Shown in pieces: positions 9,890 to 18,426 of a DNA stretch of 64,000 nucleotides (within the stretch, counting starts at the first letter, position 1; every line of letters starts with the position of its first letter). The notes beneath the pieces were generated by a model, which was not told the origin of the DNA, made no database searches, and worked only from the letters and a program-made list of their open reading frames with translations. Made by a program: the position numbers and the translations under genes. Source of the DNA: a virus. Location: positions 8,666 through 72,665 of IMG/VR virus record IMGVR_UViG_3300025322_000015, one strand, 5' to 3'.

Positions 9890-10704
9890 AAAACTCTCCG
9901 TTTGTGGATTTCCAAAAGCCGTGCCATCGGCTCACCTGTTAAAACCTCATCCAGGGTCCATTGCGCCCAGGCGAGGTTACTCAACATCGCCACACGGTCA
10001 CCCATCAGAGTGTGCGCGCTAACATCCATCGAGATGTTTTTGATCCCGAAGCACGCCGCTGGTCCAGCAATCCATCTATCAAATTCGTAGAAGACCGGGA
10101 TACCAGAAACCAGAGCCTTCGTCGCTGCACTACTTCCCCAAGTCACCGAACACCAAGCATGCTGGAAATCTTCAGAGAGGGGTGTTGTCTCCTTACTTGT
10201 TCCTGGGTGTCTACGAACATGCACCATAGAAGATTTGGTTATCCTCCTGATGCGCGGGACAACACTTCCTTCCCAGTCACGTGGCATCGCGACACCAGGC
10301 AACCCAACACCGCGCTGCGGTAGCACGAGGATATGAGTCCCTGATTCCTTCCAGGGTTGCAGCTCGATATCCAGCTTCTCGTATCTGGAGTAATCAGGAC
10401 CTGGCCAGACACCTGCGCCGTTATGACGATTTAACGCCATCGCGAAAGACTTCTTAGACTTCCGCATGTTGAGATAAGAGTTCTCAACAACAATAACAGC
10501 GGCGCCGTGATCCTCGAACAGCGTCGCTTGTTTGTCTCCTGTACCATATCTGTTCCAGATCAATACGACGTCATCTGGAGTAGGTCGGCGACCTTTACTG
10601 AATGGTTGGATCTCAACTTGATAGCCGAGCTTTTGCATTCCCGCTATAAACGCGTCGTGGCGGTATACAGGATTGGGGCGGATTAGGCATAGAGCTGTTT
10701 TCAT
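9886..10704 (-). CDS. GT-B / capsule-synthesis (KpsS/KpsC-like) glycosyltransferase paralog 1
   Basis: HVRRHP, SVTWGSSAATKALVSGIP, LAWAQW. Confidence 0.6.
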   Translation of the reverse strand: MKTALCLIRPNPVYRHDAFIAGMQKLGYQVEIQPFSKGRRPTPDDVVLIWNRYGTGDKQATLFEDHGAAVIVVENSYLNMRKSKKSFAMALNRHNGAGVWPGPDYSRYEKLDIELQPWKESGTHILVLPQRGVGLPGVAMPRDWEGSVVPRIRRITKSSMVHVRRHPGTSKETTPLSEDFQHAWCSVTWGSSAATKALVSGIPVFYEFDRWIAGPAACFGIKNISMDVSAHTLMGDRVAMLSNLAWAQWTLDEVLTGEPMARLLEIHKRRVL

Positions 10705-10722
10705 TGCTTGGTGCTCAAAGTA

Positions 10723-11277
10723 TTACAGGGATTCGCTGTATCCAAAATCATCAGCCGTCACCGACTCATTATCGGTACCGGAAGAAATAACCCCGAAGGA
10801 AGTTGACGTCCCTGCAAGGTAGTCACGAATCAACTCCATGATGTTGAACGGGAAGCGAGAAGGCTCACCGCCAGCTCCGCGAAAGAACGTAATCGCGGCT
10901 GATCCGGCCCGCAGCGATTGGATGCTCTGCTCGGTATTCTGAGAAGTTACCGAAGCTGTATCATCGACCAAGGCCGCGGCTAGCTCGATGCACGCGTTGA
11001 TGATAGCCTGAGGAACTACAGTATCCTCGACACCATCGATACCTGTACCCGTACGCGGCCACGCGAGGGGCTGAGCAGCATCAGTCTTCTCGCCTAGCCA
11101 GTTCTGCCTATCGAGTGTGCGGGTAGCTGTCACCAGGAATCTGGCTTTGTCATCGGGATCAGTGAGCGCCCTCCACGAAGCTGCGGTCGCCGATGCGTCC
11201 AGGTACTCATCCGCCTGCTCGACCGTAGCGTAGGTATCGTAAAACGCCCCACTGCCGATTTGTACGAATTCAGTCAT
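10723..11277 (-). CDS. DnaT-like head-tail adaptor/connector protein
   Basis: YATVEQADEYL...LVTATRTLD...WLGEK...QPLAWPR signature. Confidence 0.75.
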   Translation of the reverse strand: MTEFVQIGSGAFYDTYATVEQADEYLDASATAASWRALTDPDDKARFLVTATRTLDRQNWLGEKTDAAQPLAWPRTGTGIDGVEDTVVPQAIINACIELAAALVDDTASVTSQNTEQSIQSLRAGSAAITFFRGAGGEPSRFPFNIMELIRDYLAGTSTSFGVISSGTDNESVTADDFGYSESL

Positions 11278-11339
11278 TGTCCTATCTCCTTCTTTGCGCT
11301 ATACAGGACTAATCAACCACAGGGTAAAAGGACAAACCA

Positions 11340-11636
11340 ATGAAACATTTTAAAGTCTCAAAAATCTTCCGGGTTATCGAACCGGGTGAGTTCATCGAAG
11401 TTGGTACTGTCTTTGCCGTCGGGGAAGATGGCATATACATTTACACCTTCTGGAAGAACGTACCAAAACTCACTGAAGCTGCCGTCGCCATCTGGCCGAA
11501 GAAAGATAAAGACGGGAAAATAGAACTCTTCAGGGACTACTGGAAGTATGCTGTTGATGCTGAAGACTCACTGCATTACGGAAAACGCTACACCGAAGTC
11601 TTCAAACTGGTAACCGAAACTCTATCCGTATCCTAG
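11340..11636 (+). CDS. hypothetical protein, the only plausible plus-strand gene
   Basis: AAAGGA before ATG, protein-like composition, fills an otherwise empty gap. Confidence 0.55.
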   Translation: MKHFKVSKIFRVIEPGEFIEVGTVFAVGEDGIYIYTFWKNVPKLTEAAVAIWPKKDKDGKIELFRDYWKYAVDAEDSLHYGKRYTEVFKLVTETLSVS

Positions 11637-12054
11637 GCTCTCTGAGGATCCGGGCCTTGACAGCTTGGATCCTTACTCCTTCTTTCGCGCGCATGCGCAG
11701 CTCAGCTTTCCGTTTCACAGTCTGCAAATACAACTTCCTCTGCAATCTTCTCCACTCGATATCGGCCAAGTAGTGCTTTGGCAATCTCCCAGTCACGCGT
11801 CGTACGAAACTCATGTACGACAGCTCACGCAGGGTTACTTCAATCACCCCTTGCGCTATCGCCAGCTTCCTCTTCGATATCGCGATGTCATAATGCGGAC
11901 CGCTATGTGTGTTCTGGAACCACTTCCGCTTGATCCCAATCGCATCAGCCATCTCATGCAGTTCGTCAAGGTTGTCGGCGATCATATGCGACATCTTCAT
12001 CTTGCCGAACTGACCCATCGGACGTAGATACATGTCGTCGACGTAGACAGTCAT
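11602..12054 (-). CDS. DUF4031-like protein
   Basis: MTVYVDD, SHMIAD..DELHEMA..IG..RKWFQ, PHYDI. Confidence 0.8.
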   Translation of the reverse strand: MTVYVDDMYLRPMGQFGKMKMSHMIADNLDELHEMADAIGIKRKWFQNTHSGPHYDIAISKRKLAIAQGVIEVTLRELSYMSFVRRVTGRLPKHYLADIEWRRLQRKLYLQTVKRKAELRMRAKEGVRIQAVKARILREPRIRIEFRLPV

Positions 12055-12425
12055 GGAAACATCCAGATCGCAAGTCCGTTGATGATGATATGCAAAGTAT
12101 TGTCAACGATGATTAACAACCAGACTGCCAAGAACGGTGGAGTGTCTTTCGGGAAACCATGCGATCCTACATCTCTGGGAAATCCATTCTTGGCCCAAAC
12201 CACCCAGGCTGCTAAACCAAATCGATCAATAAAGAAATGCGTAATTGAGATGATCAACAACGCATAGATGTTTTGCGTGATGAGCGTAAACGGTATTGTG
12301 TAGGTAACGGCATGAATTCCTGCCGCGATGCTACTTTGTCTTTTAGAAGTTGCCATCCAATGTGATTGTAGTATGTAATCACCCACAAGGTGTGCGACAA
12401 TCTGATCAGCTGTTATCAATGGCAT
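12051..12425 (-). CDS. DUF3307-like membrane protein
   Basis: AHLVGDYILQ..WMA..K, IHAVTY, THFFID. Confidence 0.8.
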   Translation of the reverse strand: MPLITADQIVAHLVGDYILQSHWMATSKRQSSIAAGIHAVTYTIPFTLITQNIYALLIISITHFFIDRFGLAAWVVWAKNGFPRDVGSHGFPKDTPPFLAVWLLIIVDNTLHIIINGLAIWMFP

Positions 12426-12670
12426 CGTGCCCTACGCGTTCTTTGTCCAATTGGATAAGTAGTAGAAGATTCACCAGTCTCGCTGTTGTAGACAGTGAAG
12501 TAAGCTACGTGTCCCCAAGCCATTCGCTGTTGCCACACTAGCACTTCTACGTCCTTGCTGCTGTCACTCAGGTGTCGAGTTTGGACAAGAAGATCGCCAT
12601 ACTTGACTTTCGGATGCGGATGCTTGTCACTCGCGAATCCAGTAACGACCCATTTCCATTTTCCAGCCAT
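12416..12670 (-). CDS. hypothetical protein
   Basis: Tightly packed ORF in operon. Confidence 0.55.
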   Translation of the reverse strand: MAGKWKWVVTGFASDKHPHPKVKYGDLLVQTRHLSDSSKDVEVLVWQQRMAWGHVAYFTVYNSETGESSTTYPIGQRTRRARCH

Positions 12671-13671
12671 CAGAGATCTCGAATGATTGCAGCTTCCAGA
12701 ACACCCTCGACGTAGTAGACACAGACGACGGCCCCATCCGATCGAGCGAACAGTTGAGGATACCCAAAGTCTCGACAGCCAACCAACTTAATGACGTGCG
12801 TCCGCCAGGTCTGTCCTTTGGTGTAGTCCGAGACCGCTACCATCATATTTCCAGTAGACCGATTACCGTACGCAGCAATCAACCTACCCTGATGCGAAAG
12901 CAATGCGGGAGGGTTACCGTTATGGTCCCCAGTCACAGCTACTATCTCAGTCCGCGTGCGCCACGAGACTCCTTGATTGTCGGAGACGTATGCTGAGATC
13001 CAGCTCTGCTTATTCAATCTACGTCGGCAAAGAACGATAATCTCGTTATCAAGAGCGGCGGCGGCGGGCATCACCTGCCTACTACCATCTCCATAATCAG
13101 GCAACTCCGATATCTCGAAGAACGGCGTGTATTTTCCACGTTGTGCGACAACTACACGATCGCTACCAAACACACCTTTATGCGCGTGCGAGAGAAAGAC
13201 GAGATCACCCAGCTGGCAGGTTCGAGTAGTACAGATACGCTTTCCGCCCTTGGTCAAATCTAAATCTTCGATAAGGAAAGGACCAGCCCAGTTGTATCCT
13301 TTGTCATTCGAGTAGTAGAAAGCTCCCCGAGGATCACAGGCCTCGCCACCGTGATCGTAGAATCCACAAAACCGTAGAATTGAACTATCAGGTTCTGCTT
13401 CTCCTAAAGATTGATAGACGTGTCTGGGATCCGCACCTTCAAAATCAACATCAGGTAAGGTGCTGATCCAACTCTCTCCACCGTCCTTACTGCGAAAGAG
13501 AAACTTCTGAAGAATACCAGTAACCTTGTGCATACTCTTTATAGTAGTATCACGCATGCCGACAGCAGCACCGAAAAGTAATTCATCTCCCCATTGCCAA
13601 TGCCCGTGGTTCGCCGGCCAGCCAAAGAACAAGGTCGACGAATTGGTAATGCGAACAAAATCAACTTTCAT
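12670..13671 (-). CDS. sialidase-like BNR/Asp-box beta-propeller
   Basis: Asp boxes RSKDGGESW, YSNDKGYNW, VSDNQGVSW; C-terminal DFGYP..VCVYY. Confidence 0.8.
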   Translation of the reverse strand: MKVDFVRITNSSTLFFGWPANHGHWQWGDELLFGAAVGMRDTTIKSMHKVTGILQKFLFRSKDGGESWISTLPDVDFEGADPRHVYQSLGEAEPDSSILRFCGFYDHGGEACDPRGAFYYSNDKGYNWAGPFLIEDLDLTKGGKRICTTRTCQLGDLVFLSHAHKGVFGSDRVVVAQRGKYTPFFEISELPDYGDGSRQVMPAAAALDNEIIVLCRRRLNKQSWISAYVSDNQGVSWRTRTEIVAVTGDHNGNPPALLSHQGRLIAAYGNRSTGNMMVAVSDYTKGQTWRTHVIKLVGCRDFGYPQLFARSDGAVVCVYYVEGVLEAAIIRDL

Positions 13672-13702
13672 AGTCTTTCTCCTGTGTGAGAAATCTTATT
13701 GC

Positions 13703-14041
13703 TTACTGGTCGATACCAGCAGCCCATAACGGTTTACATCCAGTTATATGTATGCCTGCATCATCCACACCGTCCGACCAGGGATTGATGCACAGCAAAT
13801 AAATGCCAACCCGAAGACCTTGATCCCAATTAGAATCGAAGTTGTTATCTTCCGCCGTCTCTTCGAGAAGAATATCACGCTCAATAATATCATCAGATCG
13901 TGCGAGGATATAACCTGTACCGTCCTCCGAAAGCGCAACAATGCACTGATCTTTTGCCAAGGTCAGCGATCCGTGTATTGACGGCAGGTCGTCTTCTACA
14001 GAAGCTGATACACCGTTTAGACAACTACAATGCTGGGTCAT
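13703..14041 (-). CDS. hypothetical protein
   Basis: Packed ORF. Confidence 0.5.
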   Translation of the reverse strand: MTQHCSCLNGVSASVEDDLPSIHGSLTLAKDQCIVALSEDGTGYILARSDDIIERDILLEETAEDNNFDSNWDQGLRVGIYLLCINPWSDGVDDAGIHITGCKPLWAAGIDQ

Positions 14042-14604
14042 TACACATCCTCCTCAAGTGAGCAATACAGCCAGTCATGTACTCGGATCCGTCCATAATG
14101 ACTGCGAGCCGCTGCGTATAAAATTATCGTTCCAACGGTAAATCCCATTCCGAAGGGAAGATGTATACCCATGAAGCAAATTGCGAGTAAGATGAAGTTA
14201 ACAAAGGTGATTACCGGAAATCGTACGTCTCCACGAATCTGTGTTGTTGATACGTTTGGAGTACGCGGAAATACAACTACTTCCCAGCGAGGATCTCGCC
14301 GAACCGAGTCTGCCCAATCATCGCCGACGAATAACACATCAAACTTGTGCCGCTCCCAAAGTGCAGAGATATCCGTATCGTGTACCTTCACAATTACATC
14401 TACACAGACAACTTCAGCGATACGTGCCGCACGATCGTGAACAGAGGATGACGTCTGTCTACCTTTTCGAGCAACAACCAACGCATCATCAATAATACCA
14501 ACGGTGAGATGCTTGCTTCGACTACTACACCTTTGTAGTAATTCAAGATGTCCGGTATGTAGCATACCAAACGTCCCCATCGTAAATCCACGTTCATATG
14601 TCAT
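14041..14604 (-). CDS. TagD-like cytidylyltransferase with a hydrophobic C-terminal extension
   Basis: GTFGMLHTGH (HxGH), FDVLFVGDDW, RTPNVSTTQIR, then a TM-like segment. Confidence 0.8.
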   Translation of the reverse strand: MTYERGFTMGTFGMLHTGHLELLQRCSSRSKHLTVGIIDDALVVARKGRQTSSSVHDRAARIAEVVCVDVIVKVHDTDISALWERHKFDVLFVGDDWADSVRRDPRWEVVVFPRTPNVSTTQIRGDVRFPVITFVNFILLAICFMGIHLPFGMGFTVGTIILYAAARSHYGRIRVHDWLYCSLEEDV

Positions 14605-14873
14605 CTCATGTTCTCCCGTCTCCCACCTTCGCCGCCGTGGCCGCCGATAGCTTTTGAATTCGATCCCAGAACGATAGCATGACCACCGGTACCACCTGAA
14701 CCCGTGATCGATCCCTTTCCGCCTGATCCCCCTTTGGCGAAGTTGCCCGGACCCACAGCAACGCTCCTACCGTCTTTGCCATCCTGAGACTTACAGCGCT
14801 TCGGGAAGACGAGGCTAAGGTAAGAGAATAGATTGCCGAACATGACACTCTCCTGTTGTATTGAGTAACACAT
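14601..14873 (-). CDS. small glycine-rich protein
   Basis: GGSGGKGSITGSGGTGG; start uncertain. Confidence 0.45.
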   Translation of the reverse strand: MCYSIQQESVMFGNLFSYLSLVFPKRCKSQDGKDGRSVAVGPGNFAKGGSGGKGSITGSGGTGGHAIVLGSNSKAIGGHGGEGGRRENMR

Positions 14874-15051
14874 CGCGATACACGCAGTACCTAAATCGAG
14901 AGTCGGCTAAGAGCTGGTTTGCTCTCCACGGCGACATTTCGAGTAATTGGAGCCTAGTAATATAAGGTTCGTTAGCCCAATCCCTCGAATCCAGCTTAAT
15001 CCGTTCTCTGTGAATCGCAATGAATTCCTTTTCAGCTTCTGTTAGCTTCAT
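14815..15051 (-). CDS. hypothetical protein
   Basis: Packed ORF. Confidence 0.5.
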   Translation of the reverse strand: MKLTEAEKEFIAIHRERIKLDSRDWANEPYITRLQLLEMSPWRANQLLADSRFRYCVYRDVLLNTTGECHVRQSILLP

Positions 15052-15052
15052 T

Positions 15053-15322
15053 CTATTTCCTTATGAAGCGGGTCCGCTCGGCTTTTCCGTCAAGCATAAC
15101 GAACTCGACATCGTAGTGGGGAATCGCTAACCCCCGCTTAACAACATCAAAGTCGGCATGCATCAGGTCCATGTGGAAGGATGAGTCACTGACCCTGTAC
15201 TCACATCGCAATACTGCACAGTCCTTTTGCGCAGCCATCAAGTCAGCAGGCCACCTCGGACCCACAACCTCGAGACGAACCTTACCAATCCGTTGTTCTG
15301 TATCTTGAGTAAACAACATCAA
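15053..15322 (-). CDS. hypothetical protein
   Basis: Packed ORF, ATGA overlap. Confidence 0.55.
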   Translation of the reverse strand: MMLFTQDTEQRIGKVRLEVVGPRWPADLMAAQKDCAVLRCEYRVSDSSFHMDLMHADFDVVKRGLAIPHYDVEFVMLDGKAERTRFIRK

Positions 15323-15501
15323 TTGCGATCCTTTGTTTTAGCAACACCTGTACGAATATACTCCTCGAATACGCGCGCACGCTCAACATACGCGTTTGTT
15401 GTCGTGCTCGTGGGCTGGTCACTCGTCACAGAGCAGAACAATGCTACTGCTCGAATGACAGGATCCATATCAGGATCTTCAGTGATAGGTTTATTCGCCA
15501 T
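15319..15501 (-). CDS. hypothetical protein
   Basis: Packed ORF. Confidence 0.5.
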   Translation of the reverse strand: MANKPITEDPDMDPVIRAVALFCSVTSDQPTSTTTNAYVERARVFEEYIRTGVAKTKDRN

Positions 15502-16102
15502 TTGTAGTATCCTTGATTAATGCTGCTGATTTAAACTTCTTGTGTTTATGCTTAGCACGTATTTTATCGATGTTATCCCAATTCCGAGTAAGGATGCGAT
15601 GCGTCTCTTCTTGTAGATCAACCTCATGCGTTGTTGCAAGTGCTGAAAGGCAGATCAGTACGTCGGCGCACTCCTCTGAGATCTTACCAAGGTCGGCGGG
15701 ACTCTTTCTCGCCTCCTTGCTATAGACAGCTTGAATTACTGAGATGATGGTAATGAGTGGAGCCTGGCACGCTGCCATCAACTCAGCAAACTCTTCCGCA
15801 AGACGAAGATAGCGCTCGTCTGCATTATCAGCAACCTCATTACCCATACACGTGCGCAACCAGTAGTTGGTGCGCTGTTGTATTTCATCGATGTTAGAAG
15901 GACCTAAGGGGGTCCACCACTTACCGTTGTAGTAATTCATCTCTCCATTTGTAATCCCCATCTGCTGTTCTGCTGTCAAGGGCATGCCCGGACATTCTTT
16001 TGCAAGAGTGATCTCACCTCCTTGGCAAACAGTACAGGAGGATAGACCTCCCTCGCAGATGTAACATCTTTCTTTATCGCACTTATGTAAAGTATGTTTC
16101 AT
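15491..16102 (-). CDS. MazG-like nucleotide pyrophosphohydrolase with a Cys-rich N-terminus
   Basis: RLAEEFAEL...EECADVLICL (EExxE/ExAD); CxxC clusters at the N-terminus. Confidence 0.7.
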   Translation of the reverse strand: MKHTLHKCDKERCYICEGGLSSCTVCQGGEITLAKECPGMPLTAEQQMGITNGEMNYYNGKWWTPLGPSNIDEIQQRTNYWLRTCMGNEVADNADERYLRLAEEFAELMAACQAPLITIISVIQAVYSKEARKSPADLGKISEECADVLICLSALATTHEVDLQEETHRILTRNWDNIDKIRAKHKHKKFKSAALIKDTTNGE

Positions 16103-16335
16103 TTTAAAGTTCTTTCAAATGCCCTAACTCGATGTTTAATCTCATTGTAGATGGCAGTACGCTCTTCTGCATTCGCGTACTCTAGTCTACGCCATTTGCC
16201 GTCTCGACTACAAACATACCAGAATCCATTTCCAGGATGGTAGGATGTCTCACCCGTAATCTCAACTACATCAAGGTCAAGGAAGTCCACGCCCAGGAAG
16301 ATAGGCTTCACCAATGATCCTTCCTCGCGTTTCAT
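16099..16335 (-). CDS. hypothetical protein
   Basis: ATGA overlap, AGGA upstream. Confidence 0.55.
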   Translation of the reverse strand: MKREEGSLVKPIFLGVDFLDLDVVEITGETSYHPGNGFWYVCSRDGKWRRLEYANAEERTAIYNEIKHRVRAFERTLK

Positions 16336-16359
16336 TCCTGATTCCTTTCATTCTCCCCT

Positions 16360-16476
16360 GCGACAGCCTGCGAATCTGGCTGCTCTAGCTGGGCTGAGCT
16401 TTCCTAGCGGCTGAGGTAGCGGAAAGCTCGCTAACCCGGCTCATTCGCGCTCGCTCACAGGCTCGTTCTGCGTCGC
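16360..16476. repeat. intergenic imperfect palindrome E1
   Basis: Nested stems GCGAC/GTCGC, GCGAAT/ATTCGC, GAGCTTTCC/GGAAAGCTC; shares GCGAATCTGGCT and TCATTCGCG with E2. Confidence 0.6.
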
Positions 16477-16479
16477 TAC

Positions 16480-17172
16480 CTACTCCCGCAACAGACCCCC
16501 GCAATGCGAGCAGCGACCGGACCCATGCGGAATTGATACGTCACAGGAGCAGTCATGCAGGACAGGAGGCGAGGCCCATTTAGCTTCACCCTTCTCTACT
16601 ATCAACGTCTCGGGCCAATTGGCTTGTCCGCCGCCGCCACCAGAGCTTTGCGAAGGTTCCTGAGGACCTACCGATGCCGATCCACCCCCACCATTTACAC
16701 TAAGCCCACCACCTGCATGTAAATTATTTCGTGCTTCCTTCCTTGACGCCATCTGACTCTTAATCCGAGTAACGCGATGTTGAAGTTTTGTAAACTTCTC
16801 CTCAGCGCCCTCTAAGGAAATAGAATCAATCACCTGAAGGAGACTCTCTAGTTGTCTCGTGTACCACGCGGCGTCACCTATTGCTGCCTGGAGTAGCACA
16901 TCAGCAGTGAACGTATCCTCGCGTTCTTCGACTACAAGGTTGGTGGAATGCGTGTCTACTGCCGCTTCTAATTCTTCGATCCGCTTACCTTGTTGTACGT
17001 TCGCAATACAACACTTATCTCTATCCGAACGCGCATCGTCTAAAGCTGTAGATAAATAGGATACCTGCCTATCAAGTTTTGTATTACGCTCTAACGCATC
17101 ATTCGAAAAGCGAAGAAGTTGAGAGATAAAATCAGCATCAACTACTATAGGATTTTTAAGAGCAGTCATCAT
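16480..17172 (-). CDS. coiled-coil protein with a Gly-rich linker and C-terminal Zn-ribbon-like motif
   Basis: Heptad pattern, GGG/SGG runs, HDCSC...CSHCGG. Confidence 0.6.
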   Translation of the reverse strand: MMTALKNPIVVDADFISQLLRFSNDALERNTKLDRQVSYLSTALDDARSDRDKCCIANVQQGKRIEELEAAVDTHSTNLVVEEREDTFTADVLLQAAIGDAAWYTRQLESLLQVIDSISLEGAEEKFTKLQHRVTRIKSQMASRKEARNNLHAGGGLSVNGGGGSASVGPQEPSQSSGGGGGQANWPETLIVEKGEAKWASPPVLHDCSCDVSIPHGSGRCSHCGGLLRE

Positions 17173-17230
17173 GTTCCTATCCGATCTGCGGAGTTGCTAT
17201 TGCTTACACATATTACATATCGCTGCGGAA

Positions 17231-17782
17231 TTAGGTGTCCAAAATCAGCGGAGAGGAGTAATGGTCACAACCAACGAACGCCACCTGCGCGCCTCCAGAT
17301 CTGTTCGTCACGCGCATCAGATAGTTAATGCCCGTCTGCAGAATCCATTCCGCTTCAAATGATGATGCTCCGCCACTCGCTTGATTCCTAGATCCCGCCG
17401 GAAGCATCTGAGAGATAAGACGAGTACCCAAATCAGAAATACTGGGGTTAGAAACCATCGTACCTCCCCATACACGAGAGCTTGTACGCTTATGGTTGTA
17501 TACAGCTTCTACGTCACCTCCAGTTGCAGCAACACCTTCGAAGAATCCCAATTCAGCAGTACCGCCGCAACCGACCTCCATAATCATATGAATGGGATCT
17601 CCCGCAGGAGCGTTAATCATCATGTCAAGGTTAGCGTTGTTCGCTAACGCAGCATCAATCAGAGAGCAATGATACATCACTCCTTCGTTAATCCGACTTA
17701 TTGGATCATCGGCAACTTTCCGCCCTGACGCTGTTAATGGATATACACCTCCGAGTCGTAACAGTCGTGACCATGAACTCAT
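17231..17782 (-). CDS. putative virion protein, paralog of 17809-18366
   Basis: Shared GVM(Y/F)H.S, NLD, KRTSS..WGG, EWIL motifs. Confidence 0.5.
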   Translation of the reverse strand: MSSWSRLLRLGGVYPLTASGRKVADDPISRINEGVMYHCSLIDAALANNANLDMMINAPAGDPIHMIMEVGCGGTAELGFFEGVAATGGDVEAVYNHKRTSSRVWGGTMVSNPSISDLGTRLISQMLPAGSRNQASGGASSFEAEWILQTGINYLMRVTNRSGGAQVAFVGCDHYSSPLILDT

Positions 17783-17808
17783 GTCTATATCCCTTCGTTG
17801 AAAAGAGT

Positions 17809-18366
17809 TCAGCTCTTTGTATCGAACACCTCAGGTGAGGAGTAAAAGGTACAACCGATAGAAGCTGACTGTGCTTGACCCGTAACGCGGTTGGTCAGCC
17901 GAATGAGGTATCGCGTACTTGCCCGCAAGATCCATTCCCCGTCAACTGTTTGTACGGTACCAGAGGAATTTGATTTATTTCCTCCAGGAAGTAGTTGCAA
18001 GGCTAAACGCGTACCAGCATCTGATACGCTGGGATCAACTACAATAGTACCTCCCCATAGCAAACTACTTGTTCGTTTCTGATTGCGAGGAACAACAGTA
18101 GTACCTCCTGTTGCAACAGCATCCTCGTACAAGGCTAATTCAGCATTGCCCTGACAAGCTCCCTCCACCACCATATGGATGAAATCATTCGCTGGAGTAG
18201 TAAGGATAAGATCGAGGTTAGCATCACTCGCCAGACTAGCTAACGAGGAGACATGAAACATCACGCCCTGGTTAACTCTATCGAGAGACGAATCTGACGT
18301 TATCCGATCTGTTGCGGTAAGTGTGCGCAAACCACGAAGCGCTAACAACTTAGTCCAGGATGTCAT
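17809..18366 (-). CDS. putative virion protein, paralog of 17231-17782
   Basis: Same shared motifs; directly downstream of portal. Confidence 0.5.
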   Translation of the reverse strand: MTSWTKLLALRGLRTLTATDRITSDSSLDRVNQGVMFHVSSLASLASDANLDLILTTPANDFIHMVVEGACQGNAELALYEDAVATGGTTVVPRNQKRTSSLLWGGTIVVDPSVSDAGTRLALQLLPGGNKSNSSGTVQTVDGEWILRASTRYLIRLTNRVTGQAQSASIGCTFYSSPEVFDTKS

Positions 18367-18426
18367 TTACATATCTCCTTACACCAATCAAACTCGTGAG
18401 CGCGAGCGAAAACGCTCAATAGTAAT

